Source of the DNA: Candidatus Multivoradales bacterium
Lineage (GTDB): Bacteria > Acidobacteriota > Thermoanaerobaculia > Multivoradales > J023
Direction: 5' to 3'
Assembly: GCA_965248925.1 (NCBI GenBank)
Contig: CBDFLE010000006.1
Location: 4,224,001-4,288,000 of the forward strand
Length of the DNA: 64,000 bases
The position numbers were made by a program, and so were the translations under genes. Below the pieces are notes generated by a model. The model saw only the letters and a list, made by a program, of their open reading frames with translations. It was not told where the DNA came from and did no database searches. Positions 20,431 through 32,028 of the stretch are shown piece by piece. Every line of letters begins with the position of its first letter. Position 1 is the first letter of the stretch.

Positions 20431-21597
20431 GTGATGACACGACAACGCTTGCTCGATTCGAAATCCACACGCAATGGCACCAGCGCGGTCGCCGCGCTGG
20501 CGCTGACGATGCTCTTGCTGCCAACCTTGGCGATGGCCCAGGATGGTGAGAAATATGCCCAGCTTGACGCTCAAGTGACGCGAGTCACGAGCCAGTTCGA
20601 AGACGCCTACGCAATTACCGACCGTGCTGAAGATGGGAGTTTGGTCACCACCCTCTACGCCCTCGACGGCAAGGCTGTGGCCAACCAGACGGCTAGCCCC
20701 GCGACCGGTTGGTTGAAGATTGTCGGCCTCGATAGTAGCGAGATCGTCACCGATCTGGCGTTTGCTGAGCTACGGTCTGATTGGCCCAACATTCAACTCT
20801 ACAGCGCCTGGCGGGACCACCAGAGCAAACCGCTGCAAGCGCCTGAGAGGGCCACCTGGGAATGGCACGGTGAGTTCTATCGACTGGCAGGAGCCGCCGC
20901 TCACAAAGAAGCCGCCTTGGAAGATCGCGGCGCAAACCTGGCGCGACGCTTGGCGTCGGTGAGCACCCGCTTTGGCGATATCGAGGCTGTGGCGGTGCGC
21001 GAGGCCCAGGTCCAGCAGGGCAAGCTCGGTGCCGAAGGGGTGCAACATGCTACTTTCTCGACTCGCTTATTCGATCAAAAGTCTGGTAAGCCGCAGGGCA
21101 TCATGCGTTGGTTTGGCGAGGCTCGGGTTTTGGCCTGGGACCTGCCGGGGCTGACCTCGGGCTACGTCGACGAGGAGCGCATGGAGCAGGCTTTCCCCTT
21201 CGAACCCTCCTTGGCGTGGTCGAACATCCAGGCTTTCGGCTTCCTGCAGATGCACACCGCCATTCGGATAGAGCAGGCGGCTCATTTGGGCAAACAAGAC
21301 CCTCCCGACGGGTGTACCGGCCTGCACTGGCTGGACGGCACCATCTTGCGGCCTTGCTGTGACGAGCACGATCTATGTTACGGGAGAAACGGCTGCTCAT
21401 ACCGCTCCTGGTTTGTGATCGGCTCCAGCTGGAGCTGCATCCGGTGCAATATTGCGGTGGTCTTCTGCTTCGTCACTGGCGGTGGTGGTGGTGGCGGTGG
21501 TGGTGGCGGTGGTGGCGGTGGCGGCGACGACTGCTCACCGACTGGTGCCGGATGGTGCCCGGCTTCCTGCTTCTCCTGCGATCGACCCCTGTTCTGA
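20431..21597 (+). CDS. Secreted protein with C-terminal phospholipase A2-like Cys-rich domain and poly-Gly tract
   Basis: AGGAG RBS before GTG/ATG, signal peptide (PTLAMA-Q), DGCTG...RPCCDEHDLCY, Gly16, terminal CPASCFSC. Confidence 0.75.
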   Translation: MMTRQRLLDSKSTRNGTSAVAALALTMLLLPTLAMAQDGEKYAQLDAQVTRVTSQFEDAYAITDRAEDGSLVTTLYALDGKAVANQTASPATGWLKIVGLDSSEIVTDLAFAELRSDWPNIQLYSAWRDHQSKPLQAPERATWEWHGEFYRLAGAAAHKEAALEDRGANLARRLASVSTRFGDIEAVAVREAQVQQGKLGAEGVQHATFSTRLFDQKSGKPQGIMRWFGEARVLAWDLPGLTSGYVDEERMEQAFPFEPSLAWSNIQAFGFLQMHTAIRIEQAAHLGKQDPPDGCTGLHWLDGTILRPCCDEHDLCYGRNGCSYRSWFVIGSSWSCIRCNIAVVFCFVTGGGGGGGGGGGGGGGGDDCSPTGAGWCPASCFSCDRPLF

Positions 21598-21635
21598 CAG
21601 AGGAGAAAAGCTCGAAGTCCTCCATGGGCAGATCT

Positions 21636-21685
21636 GGGCGGCCGCGGAACTGGGATATACCTTCGGCGGCCGCCCGTTCTATTTT
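21636..21685 (+). terminator. Probable intrinsic terminator
   Basis: GGGCGGCCGC...GCGGCCGCCC inverted repeat followed by GTTCTATTTT, between convergent genes. Confidence 0.55.
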
Positions 21686-21838
21686 GATCTGTTTTTGGCT
21701 TTGGTGGTGGTACCTTCGAGTTAGTTGCCGGAGGTAGGGTCGACCGAGTCGGCCCGCTGGCTGGCAGGCGTGCCGGACGTTTCCGTGGGCGGCAACTCGG
21801 CGCGCTCTTGGCGTGTGCTCAGCCCTGGGCAAGTTCTC

Positions 21839-23691
<1,853 letters not shown>

Positions 23692-23695
<4 letters not shown>

Positions 23696-26652
23696 TGCTG
23701 GGCTCCGCTGGTGCCGGCAGGTGGGCCGGCAGGGTCGGTTCGTTCGGTCGATGCGCGGGCGATCTTGGGTTCCTTGGCGGCTTCTCCGGGCGGTCGCAGC
23801 TCGTAGGGAGCGGCACCGCGACTGCCGTCGCCGTCAAGTTCGTAGGTCCCCGGTCGGTGCAGATCATAGATCACAATCGCTTCGGCGGCATGGTTGGCGG
23901 CCGGATCGGCGGCCCGAGCCACCGCCACGGCGCGGTCGCGGGCGTTGTCGTCCACCTTGTACTTGGCATAGAGCTGGCGATGCTCGGCGGCTTTGTCAGG
24001 CTGGCCGAGTTGGCGATTGAGCAGGTCTAGATTGAAGTGGGCGGCGGTGTTCTCGGGATCGAGTTCCAGGGTGCGCTCGAAGTAACTCAGCGCTTCGCGC
24101 TGGAGGGCTGTGCGGCGTTCCTTCTTGGCCGCGCCGCGCTCTAGCTTGGCGCGCTCGAAGAGGGTCTGGCCGAGTTCGTTGAGCACTCGGTAGTCCTGGC
24201 TGAAGTCGAAACCACGCTGGCGTGTCGCCAGGTCATCAAGTTCGACGATGCCTTTGAAGTTGGCGATCGCCTGGTCCAAGTAGCCGTTCTGTTTGTTGAC
24301 CAGGCCGGTGAACCAGGCCACCGTCCAGGCGGGGGCCGGCGGTTCGAATTGAGCGGCCCGGGTCAGCGCCTCGATCGCCTGATCTTGCACCGTGCCCTGG
24401 GCGAGGTAGACCCGCGCCAGGTTGAGCGGCCCGTCGGGCCGGCCGAGGGCCTCGACCTGGTGGAAGGCTTGTTCGGCCTGGCGCAACTCTCCCTTGGATT
24501 TGCCACCCTTGCGCAGCAGGCCAATGCCGTAGTCGTTCCAGCGTTGCCAAGTGGGAATCTCGCCGCGGGCGGGGTTCAGTTCACCGTCGACCGAGGTGGC
24601 GATGCCGGCGATCGGGAAGCTCAGCCGGTCGTAAGCCAGAGTGATGATCGGCAGGTCGTTGACGTAGTCTTCGCCTTTGAAATGGCGCATGTAAGTGGTG
24701 TCGAACTTGCGGTATTGCAGTCGCACTTCGACCGTCAGGGGGCCCGCGATATCGACCGGAACCTCGAGCCGGTAGTGCAGCGAATCGGCCGCACCGGGGG
24801 GGATCTGGTGGTTGTAGAGGGCGACGAAGATATCTTGGGCGTTACGCCGGTCAATCCGCCGGCCTTGCTGGTCGAGGACGTAGGAGTTGACGAAGTGAGC
24901 CCAGGGATCGACCCAGTTGCCGTCGCCCCCCATGCCGCCGCTGCGACCCACCACCCGCTCGCTTTCGCTGCCTCGCAGTGAGGTGGTGACCCGCAGATCG
25001 ACCCACACCTGATTCGAATCCGAGGTCCCTTGGGTGAAGAGATGACCCATCTTCACCGTTCGCACGACGGTCTCCAGCAGATAGGCCGAGCCCGGCCTCA
25101 GCGTCGGCACCTGGGGCCGCAGGGGTGCGGTGAGTTCGCCATCGATGGTGCCACCCTCTTTGATACCAAAGATGTCGAGGCGGATGACGCCATCGTTGAA
25201 AGCGCGGTGGGCTTCTTTGACTTCGTCGGGCAAACCCAGCAAGTGCGGGATGGCGGTGTTGGCGCTGGGGAAGAGGTGGTCGTGGACCGTGCTCTCGCCC
25301 CGATCGTCGAAGTTGGCGGCGGCGAATTGGTCCGAGGGCTGGAGGGGCATGTGGCAGCCGTTGCAGTTCGCTTGGGCAACCTCGGGGTAATAAAAGCTGC
25401 TGACCCCGTGGCCCGAGACCCCCGACAGGTGGTAGGCGTCGTAGTGGTTCTGGCCGCGCAGCCACTTATAGTTGTTGAGTTCCACCGGCAAATGCACCTT
25501 GTGGCAGCCGGCGCAGAATTCGGCAGTGGTGTGCAGCGGCTTGAGGAATGTCTTCTTGTGAAAATCTGGTTTGGCTTTGATCAGCTGCCGGTTGACCCAT
25601 TGCAGGGCTTCGCTGTCGGCGAATGCGAAGGGGTAGTGGATCGGCTCTTCGATGGTGAAGTCGGAGTTGCCACGGGGGCTGTTGACATGGGTGATGGCGT
25701 GGCAGGAAGTGCAAGTGATGCCGGCTTGACCGGCGGGATCGTTCTCATCGTCGAAGTCCGGGTCGTCGAATTTGCCGGAGAAGAAGACCACCGGATCGTG
25801 GCAGCCGGCGCAGAAGCGCGCTGCCTGCAAGTTACCATCCCGTTCGAGTGCTACTCGGCGGGTTTCGCGGACTGAGAAGAGGTAGGCCGGATTGTTGAAC
25901 GAGGCGAAACGGTGGACGCTCTGCGACCAGCTCTGGTGGCTGTCCTGGTGACACTCCTGGCAGTATTGATCGTTCATCAGCACCCGTTCGGGGATGAAAT
26001 CGCCACTGGCGGTGCGAGCCAAGGAGGGGAAGAAATACTGCTCCCCCGACTGCGGTCCTTCGACCTCCCAGCGGCGCGGATCTTGAGCTTGCCAGACCAG
26101 CATCACGGCGCCGAACACCGCTGCCACGGTTGCCCAGCGTCGGCCGATCTGCCATTTGATCTTCTTGCCGGCCAAGCGATGCAGGACGAACAACCAGGCG
26201 GCCACCAAAGGCGAGATCACATGCGCCCAATAGGCCACTGAGCGAGTGGTGGCGTCCTTGATCACCAGCAGGCCCTCGATTCTGGTCAGCACGACGCCGC
26301 TTGCGAGCAGCACCAGGGCCACCGCGAAAAGGCCATAGCCCACTTGAACGGCGCGCCGGTTGGGTCGGTTGTAGGCGTTTCTGATGTGCGCGATGCCAAA
26401 GATGATCACCGGCAGCAAGATCAGCGCGCCGAGCACCAGATGGACGATGAACATATTCATGTAGAACCAGTTCTGATACGTCTGCCCGGTCGCCGCTTCG
26501 AGAATCGTCACCCCCACCAGGTAGGTAGAGTTGATCGCCAAGAGGGCGAAGAGGCCGAAAACGACGAAGAGCAGCTTTTTCAGTCGGTCACCAAGGACCC
26601 GGCGATACTTCGGTTTGCGCTTCTTGGCCGCTTGCGGTGCTGTCGAACTCAT
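23692..26652 (-). CDS. Membrane-anchored multiheme c-type cytochrome with C-terminal TPR repeats
   Basis: N-terminal TM helices carrying four His. Five CxxCH motifs (CQECH, CAGCH, CTSCH, CAGCH, CNGCH). WQRWNDYGIGL followed by TPR-like helices. Confidence 0.9.
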
Positions 26653-26769
26653 CTCTATCCTCGATTCTGGCCTGGTAGGGAGTGGGCAGAGCGGACGTGG
26701 GAACTCCTAGCTGGATTGCAAGCGGCATTCGGCTCTTACCCAGCCTTCCTGCTAGAACCTAAGTTCCTA

Positions 26770-26836
26770 TTTTTCAGTATCTTATGTCACAATCCACGGT
26801 GCTTGCTCAAATTTAAGAAAAGTGATTATCATAATT
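26770..26836. promoter_or_regulatory. AT-rich divergent control region with IHF-like and Fur-box-like sites
   Basis: TTTCAGTATCTTA resembles the IHF consensus WATCARNNNNTTR. 26818-26836 matches GATAATGATAATCATTATC at 14/19 on the minus strand. Confidence 0.4.
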
Positions 26837-26954
26837 TTCATGGGCTACTTGGTCGGTGATCACTGCCCTCTCTTTTCGCAGGCTCTCAGCTAAGCGCTTT
26901 CCTGCACGGATTTAGCCGCCTCGACGCTGGTCGAGAGGGCGTATCATAGAATTT

Positions 26955-28559
26955 ATGGAATCAACTCAGGCCAGACGACCGGTAAGCCGGGGACGGGCGC
27001 CGGGGTTGTATTTTCTTTTGCTGGCGTTGACTCTGGCGATCAACTCGGTAGCGGTTTGGGGGATATTCTCCGGCCGCCGCGCGGTGGAACGGGCCGCTCA
27101 GAGCGAACTCGAACTGGCGACCAATGCTGATGCCCGATCCCTCGAAGCAGTGCTCGGCACGTTGCGCGGGGATCTGCTTTTCCTGGCTCGTTCACCACCG
27201 CTGGCGCGTTATTTCAACGCCGCCGGAGATCGAGACCCGATGGTGCGGCGCTGGAGCCGGCTCGATGTCGAGAGCACCCTCCTGCTGTTTTTGGCGGCCA
27301 ACCCGGCGGTCGAGCGGTTGGCGGTGGAAGAATCCGGTGGCTCGGCCAGAGTTCTGGCGTCGCGGCGCCGGGGAGTGCCCGAGCTGCTGCCTCTCGACGC
27401 GCCTCTCCCAACTGCTGGCCTACTTATCGGGCAGTGGTCGTTGGCCGGTGACCAAGACCGCCGCTTACGGGCTTGGGTGGAGCCGGCGCGCTTGCTCGCC
27501 TTACTCGGTCCTGCCCGTGGTGGGCGGTTGCATCTCGACACCACCGCGGAGGCCCTGCCGCCGACCCCTGAACCGGGACAGTTGTTGGCCCGAGCGGTAG
27601 TGGCCGACGGCGCCTGGACCCCGGCGATCCGCTGGACCCTGCACCGGCTCGAAGCGGATAGCGAGGCGATCCGCTCTTTCAAGGCTTTGGCCGGGCGTTA
27701 TCGCCTCACCGTGGGGCTCAATCTGCTGGTCATCGGCCTCACCTTGCTGCTCGGTGCGCTGGCCTGGCGTCAGCTGCGGCGTAGCGCCCGGCTTGAAGCC
27801 GAGAATGCCCAGGAGAAGAGAGTTCGAGAGTTGGAGCGCCAGCTAATGCATAGCGAGCGGTTGGCCAGCGTCGGCCGTTTGGCGGCTGGGATGGCGCATG
27901 AGATCAACAACCCGCTCGAGGGCATGTCGAACTACCTCAGATTGCTCGAGGACGACTTGGCGGCGGGTGATCTGAGCGAGGCGCCCGAACTTGCCAGCAG
28001 ATTGCGCGAGGGGCTTGAGCGGGCTGCCGGCATCACCCGTCAGGTGCTGGCTTTCTCTGACCCAGGGCGAGCACCAAAGACGGCGGTGGACCTGGTGGGA
28101 GTAGTGGCCGAGACGGTTGCTTTTCTGCGCGCCGATGCCGGCCCTCGACCGGTGGTCGTGGAGTGGCAACCTCCGGCCGAGGCGGTGCGGGTGATGGGCA
28201 ATTCCGTGACCCTTGGCCAGCTGGTGTTCAACCTGCTACTCAATGCCCGTCAGGCCGAGCCCGCCGCTGGTCGGGTGGAAGTACGTCTAGATTGCGAGCC
28301 CTTGACCGCGATGGCCCGGTTGGTGGTGGCCGATCGGGGGCCGGGGATTAGCAGTGCTGCCCGTGGGCATCTGTTCGAGCCCTTCTTTTCGGAAAAGGGC
28401 TCGAGCGGCCTGGGTCTGGCGGTGTGCCATAGCATCGTTACTGATCATGGCGGGGAGATCAGCGGCGCGAATCGCCCTCAAGGGGGTGCTGAATTCGAGG
28501 TCTCCATGCCGCTGTTGACCGCTGAACAGCCACCGCGGCAAGAGGAGGGGTCAGCTTGA
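26955..28559 (+). CDS. Sensor histidine kinase (NtrB-like)
   Basis: Two TM helices, H-box AHEINNPL, NLLLNA, DRGPGI, LFEPFFS, GLGLAVC. Confidence 0.93.
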   Translation: MESTQARRPVSRGRAPGLYFLLLALTLAINSVAVWGIFSGRRAVERAAQSELELATNADARSLEAVLGTLRGDLLFLARSPPLARYFNAAGDRDPMVRRWSRLDVESTLLLFLAANPAVERLAVEESGGSARVLASRRRGVPELLPLDAPLPTAGLLIGQWSLAGDQDRRLRAWVEPARLLALLGPARGGRLHLDTTAEALPPTPEPGQLLARAVVADGAWTPAIRWTLHRLEADSEAIRSFKALAGRYRLTVGLNLLVIGLTLLLGALAWRQLRRSARLEAENAQEKRVRELERQLMHSERLASVGRLAAGMAHEINNPLEGMSNYLRLLEDDLAAGDLSEAPELASRLREGLERAAGITRQVLAFSDPGRAPKTAVDLVGVVAETVAFLRADAGPRPVVVEWQPPAEAVRVMGNSVTLGQLVFNLLLNARQAEPAAGRVEVRLDCEPLTAMARLVVADRGPGISSAARGHLFEPFFSEKGSSGLGLAVCHSIVTDHGGEISGANRPQGGAEFEVSMPLLTAEQPPRQEEGSA

Positions 28560-29905
28560 AGAAGAACGCAACCGTGCTGGTAGTCGATGACGAGACTTAC
28601 GTGCGCGACTCACTAGCGACCCTGCTCAGCCGTCGTGGCTTCACGGTACGCACCGCCGATTCCGTGGTGGCGGCTCTGCAAGCGGAGAGTCTGGCTGGAT
28701 TGGACGCCGTCCTCACCGATCTGCGGATGCCTGGGGAAGGGGGGCGGGTGTTGGTGCAGCGTCTCGCCGAGGCCGAGCCGGCGCTGCCGGTGGTGGTGCT
28801 GACCGGCCACGGCACGGTGAGTTCGGCGGTCGAGTGCGTCAAGGCCGGCGCCTGCGACTATTTGCTCAAGCCGGCCGATCCGGACGAACTGGCCCTGGTG
28901 CTTGACCGGGCTATCGGCCAAAGCAAGCTGCGGCGTGAGCTGCGTTATCTGCGGGCCAACGGGGACCGCCGCGGTCGGCCGGTGGGCCAGTCACGCGCCT
29001 GGCGGCGGGTGCTGGAGTGGGTCGAGGTGGCGGCACCGGTCGATAGTTCGGTGCTGGTGCTGGGGGAAAGCGGCACGGGTAAGGAGGAGGTGGCGCGGCT
29101 GCTTCACGCCAACAGTCGGCGTTCGAAGGCGGCGTTTGTTGGGGTCAATTGCGCCGCCATTCCCACCGAGTTGTTCGAGAGCGAGCTTTTCGGCCATCGC
29201 CGTGGAGCTTTCACCGGCGCCGTCAATGATCGTGAAGGGCGTTTCCGCGTAGCCGACGGTGGCACCTTGTTTCTCGACGAGATCAACTCATTGCCGCAGA
29301 TGGCTCAGGCCAAGCTGTTGCGGGTGTTGGAGGAAGGCTCTTTCGAGCGTCTCGGCGACAGCCGCCCGACCCGGGTTGATGTGCGCCTGGTCTGCGCCTC
29401 GAACACCGATCTTGCGGCCGAAGTCGAGGCCGGACGCTTTCGTGCCGACCTCTTTTATCGCATCAATGTGGTGCAGATCCTTGTGCCGCCGTTGCGCGAC
29501 CGCCGCGACGATGTGGCGGTGTTGGTGGAGGCTTTTCTCGCCGAGATTGCAGGTCGGTTGGGCAAGCGGGTTGACCGCGTGCATGCCGACACCATGGCGG
29601 CCCTGCTGTCCTATGACTGGCCTGGCAACGTGCGCGAGCTACGCAACGTGATAGAACGCGGCGTGTTGCTGGAGAAGAGTTCTCGGTTGATGCCCTCTAG
29701 TCTGCCGTTTGGCGGCACCTCGAAGGGTGACGATCTCAACCTTCGGGAGGTGCTGGCGGTGGCGGAGAGGGAGGTGTTGGAAAGGGCTCTGGAGCGAGCC
29801 GGCGGAGTGCGTCGAGAGGCGGCGCGAATGCTCGGGGTCGATCAGCGGAATCTGGCGTATTTTCTGAAAAAGCATGGCTTGATGGACCAGGGGAAGATTC
29901 GATGA
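28556..29905 (+). CDS. Sigma54-dependent response regulator (NtrC family)
   Basis: Receiver domain (VVDDE, TDLRMP, KP), GESGTGKE, GAFTGA, WPGNVRELRN, Fis-type HTH. Confidence 0.95.
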   Translation: MKKNATVLVVDDETYVRDSLATLLSRRGFTVRTADSVVAALQAESLAGLDAVLTDLRMPGEGGRVLVQRLAEAEPALPVVVLTGHGTVSSAVECVKAGACDYLLKPADPDELALVLDRAIGQSKLRRELRYLRANGDRRGRPVGQSRAWRRVLEWVEVAAPVDSSVLVLGESGTGKEEVARLLHANSRRSKAAFVGVNCAAIPTELFESELFGHRRGAFTGAVNDREGRFRVADGGTLFLDEINSLPQMAQAKLLRVLEEGSFERLGDSRPTRVDVRLVCASNTDLAAEVEAGRFRADLFYRINVVQILVPPLRDRRDDVAVLVEAFLAEIAGRLGKRVDRVHADTMAALLSYDWPGNVRELRNVIERGVLLEKSSRLMPSSLPFGGTSKGDDLNLREVLAVAEREVLERALERAGGVRREAARMLGVDQRNLAYFLKKHGLMDQGKIR

Positions 29906-31641
29906 TCGCCGGTGGTAGATGCCGCAAGCTGGCTGGGGAAAGGTTCACCTGGAGTCCGGGACGGGTTTCCTGTCTTTTCGGTGCTTCGTCGGTGCTTTGG
30001 CTGGGGGTTGCGCTGGTGGTGGTCGGATGCCAACGACGGGCCTCAGAATCGACCGGCATTGAAGAGCCCGCGGCGGTGATTTCGTTCACCGATGTCTCCG
30101 AAGTTGCTGGGCTACGATTCACCCACGACAACGGTGCTTCCCCGCGCCGGTATCTGCCAGAGACCATGGGTTCTGGAGTTGCTTTCTTTGACTACGACGG
30201 CGATGGTAGGCCCGATCTCTACTTTGCCAACGCCGGGCCGATCGAGGCGGCGGACGGAGCGCTGGTGGGTGGCGCTCTCTACCGCAACCTGGGTGACGGC
30301 ACTTTCGTGGAAGTCACTCGCCATGTCGGGTTGGAGCAGCCGTTCTACGGCCTGGGAACGGCGGTGGGGGATGTCGATAACGATGGCGACCTGGACCTCT
30401 TCGTCTCGGGTCTGGAGGGTGATCGCTTGTACGTCAACAGTGGCGACGGCAGATTTGAGGACGGCACTTCCACGGCTGGATTGGCCGGGGCGGGCTTCGG
30501 TAGCAGCGCGGCTTTTCTCGACTTTGACAACGATGGCTGGCTCGATCTTTTTGTCGGCCGCTATGTTACCTGGAGCGCTGATGCAGATGTACTTTGCAGT
30601 CCGGATGGAGAGCATCGCTCCTACTGCACGCCTGAGATCTATCCTGGCATCAGCAATCAGCTCTATCGCAATCTGGGGGAGGGGCGTTTCGTGGAGGTCA
30701 CTGGCGCCGCTGGTTTGGAGATGGGCGCCGGCAAGACCCTCGGCGTGGTGCCGATCGACCATGACGGCGACGGCTGGGCGGATTTGGCGATCGCCAACGA
30801 TACTTACCGCAACTTTTTATTCATCAACCAGCGCGACGGCACTTTCGTTGAAGATGCGGTCGTCACGGGCATGGCTTACAGCCTGTCGGGGGCGACCCGC
30901 GGAGCGATGGGTATCGATGCCGGCGATCTGGATGGCGATGGCCGCGAGGAGTTGGTGATTGGAAATTTCTCGCAGGAGATGTCAGCCATCTACCGCGCCG
31001 GTGAACGAGGGCTCTACAGTGACGATGCCGCCCAACTTGGTCTTGGCCTGCCAACTCTGATGACCTTGGCTTTTGGCACCCTGGTGATTGATCTCGACCT
31101 GGACGGTTGGCTGGATGTGGTGTTCGCCAACGGTCATATCGAGCCCGATGTAAAGCGTTTTCAACCTCTGCAAACTCACGCTCAGCCGTTGTCGGTGTTT
31201 CGTAGCCTGGAGGGCCGAAAACTCCAACCAGTCCAGGCTCTAGGTGCTGCGGCGGGGCCATGGGTGGGGCGGGGATTGGCGGCTGCTGACTACGACGGCG
31301 ACGGCGATCTCGATTTAGTGCTGACCCAGAACGGTGGCCGTGCACGGTTGTTGCGCAATGACAGTCCGCCCCGCTCCTGGCTGCGGCTGCGTTTGGTGGG
31401 TAGGGGTTCCAACCGCACGGCTTACGGCGCGGTGGCGACGGTGTTTGTTGGCCAACGGAGAATTCGCCGCCGCTTGGTTTCCGGCCGCTCCTATCTATCA
31501 GCCAGCGAGCCGCTGCTGAGCTTTGGTTTGGGGTCGGCCGAGTGGGTTGACCGAGTCGAAATTCGCTGGCCCTCGGGCCAATTGCAGGTGCTTGATCGGC
31601 CGCCCCTCGGTGAGGTTATCGAGGTCGAAGAAGAGGAGTAG
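29902..31641 (+). CDS. CRTAC1-family protein, possible lipoprotein
   Basis: LVVVGC lipobox-like segment, YLPETMGSG, FG-GAP DxDxDG repeats, SYLSASEPLLSFGLG. ATGA-coupled to the response regulator. Confidence 0.9.
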   Translation: MIAGGRCRKLAGERFTWSPGRVSCLFGASSVLWLGVALVVVGCQRRASESTGIEEPAAVISFTDVSEVAGLRFTHDNGASPRRYLPETMGSGVAFFDYDGDGRPDLYFANAGPIEAADGALVGGALYRNLGDGTFVEVTRHVGLEQPFYGLGTAVGDVDNDGDLDLFVSGLEGDRLYVNSGDGRFEDGTSTAGLAGAGFGSSAAFLDFDNDGWLDLFVGRYVTWSADADVLCSPDGEHRSYCTPEIYPGISNQLYRNLGEGRFVEVTGAAGLEMGAGKTLGVVPIDHDGDGWADLAIANDTYRNFLFINQRDGTFVEDAVVTGMAYSLSGATRGAMGIDAGDLDGDGREELVIGNFSQEMSAIYRAGERGLYSDDAAQLGLGLPTLMTLAFGTLVIDLDLDGWLDVVFANGHIEPDVKRFQPLQTHAQPLSVFRSLEGRKLQPVQALGAAAGPWVGRGLAAADYDGDGDLDLVLTQNGGRARLLRNDSPPRSWLRLRLVGRGSNRTAYGAVATVFVGQRRIRRRLVSGRSYLSASEPLLSFGLGSAEWVDRVEIRWPSGQLQVLDRPPLGEVIEVEEEE

Positions 31642-31693
31642 TGTCGCAATCAGCAAGACCTGGCCTGTGACTGCCTAAAGACGCCACAAATAC

Positions 31694-31719
31694 AAAAGCG
31701 CCCCGAGAATACGGGGCGC
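31694..31719 (-). terminator. Intrinsic terminator, minus strand
   Basis: GCGCCCCG-tattct-CGGGGCGC followed by TTTTGTATTT on the minus strand. Confidence 0.75.
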
Positions 31720-31805
31720 CTTCGGCCTCGGCCGCTGTTCTGGCCGTTATGGAGTCTTCGCGACTCAGGAGCCCGTAGCACAGGGCTCGGAAGGGGCGGC
31801 CTGGG

Positions 31806-31886
31806 TCAAGGCTGGACGATGTTAGCCCTCGACGGTGTGGCTTGTGCCGCTGATTCCGCCCAGGGCTGAAGCTGGCCCGGTGGCAT
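31806..31886 (-). CDS. Putative 26-aa small peptide MPPGQLQPWAESAAQATPSRANIVQP
   Basis: AAGGAGG RBS 6 nt before the ATG, promoter upstream, terminator downstream. Confidence 0.5.
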   Translation of the reverse strand: MPPGQLQPWAESAAQATPSRANIVQP

Positions 31887-31919
31887 ATGGAACCTCCTTG
31901 GTTTCAAGTTCTGCATTTG

Positions 31920-31948
31920 ACCATAAACCTGTTGCTGACTCCCGTCAA
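31920..31948 (-). promoter_or_regulatory. Sigma70-type promoter TTGACG-N17-TATGGT
   Basis: Near-consensus hexamers with 17-nt spacing. Confidence 0.6.
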
Positions 31949-32028
31949 GCAAGACCTGGCCAGTCTCGATAGGGATGGGCCCCTCCTGCTTGGTGGTGAT
32001 CTTCAAACCCGGCAAGGGAGTTGAAAGC

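Larger units (their letters stand above)
31652..31961. repeat. 14-bp direct repeats AGCAAGACCTGGCC (31652-31665 and 31948-31961) bracketing a small element
   Basis: Read directly from the sequence. Confidence 0.85.

Noticed and set aside
21478-21525. GGT/GGC repeat as a phase-variation tract
   Set aside because: Triplet unit with mixed codons; length changes keep the frame, so it is a Gly linker.
26715-26810. Sigma54 promoters in the cytochrome/HK intergenic region
   Set aside because: Both candidates (CCGAATGCCGCTTGCA on minus, TCCACGGTGCTTGC on plus) lack the invariant GG at -24.
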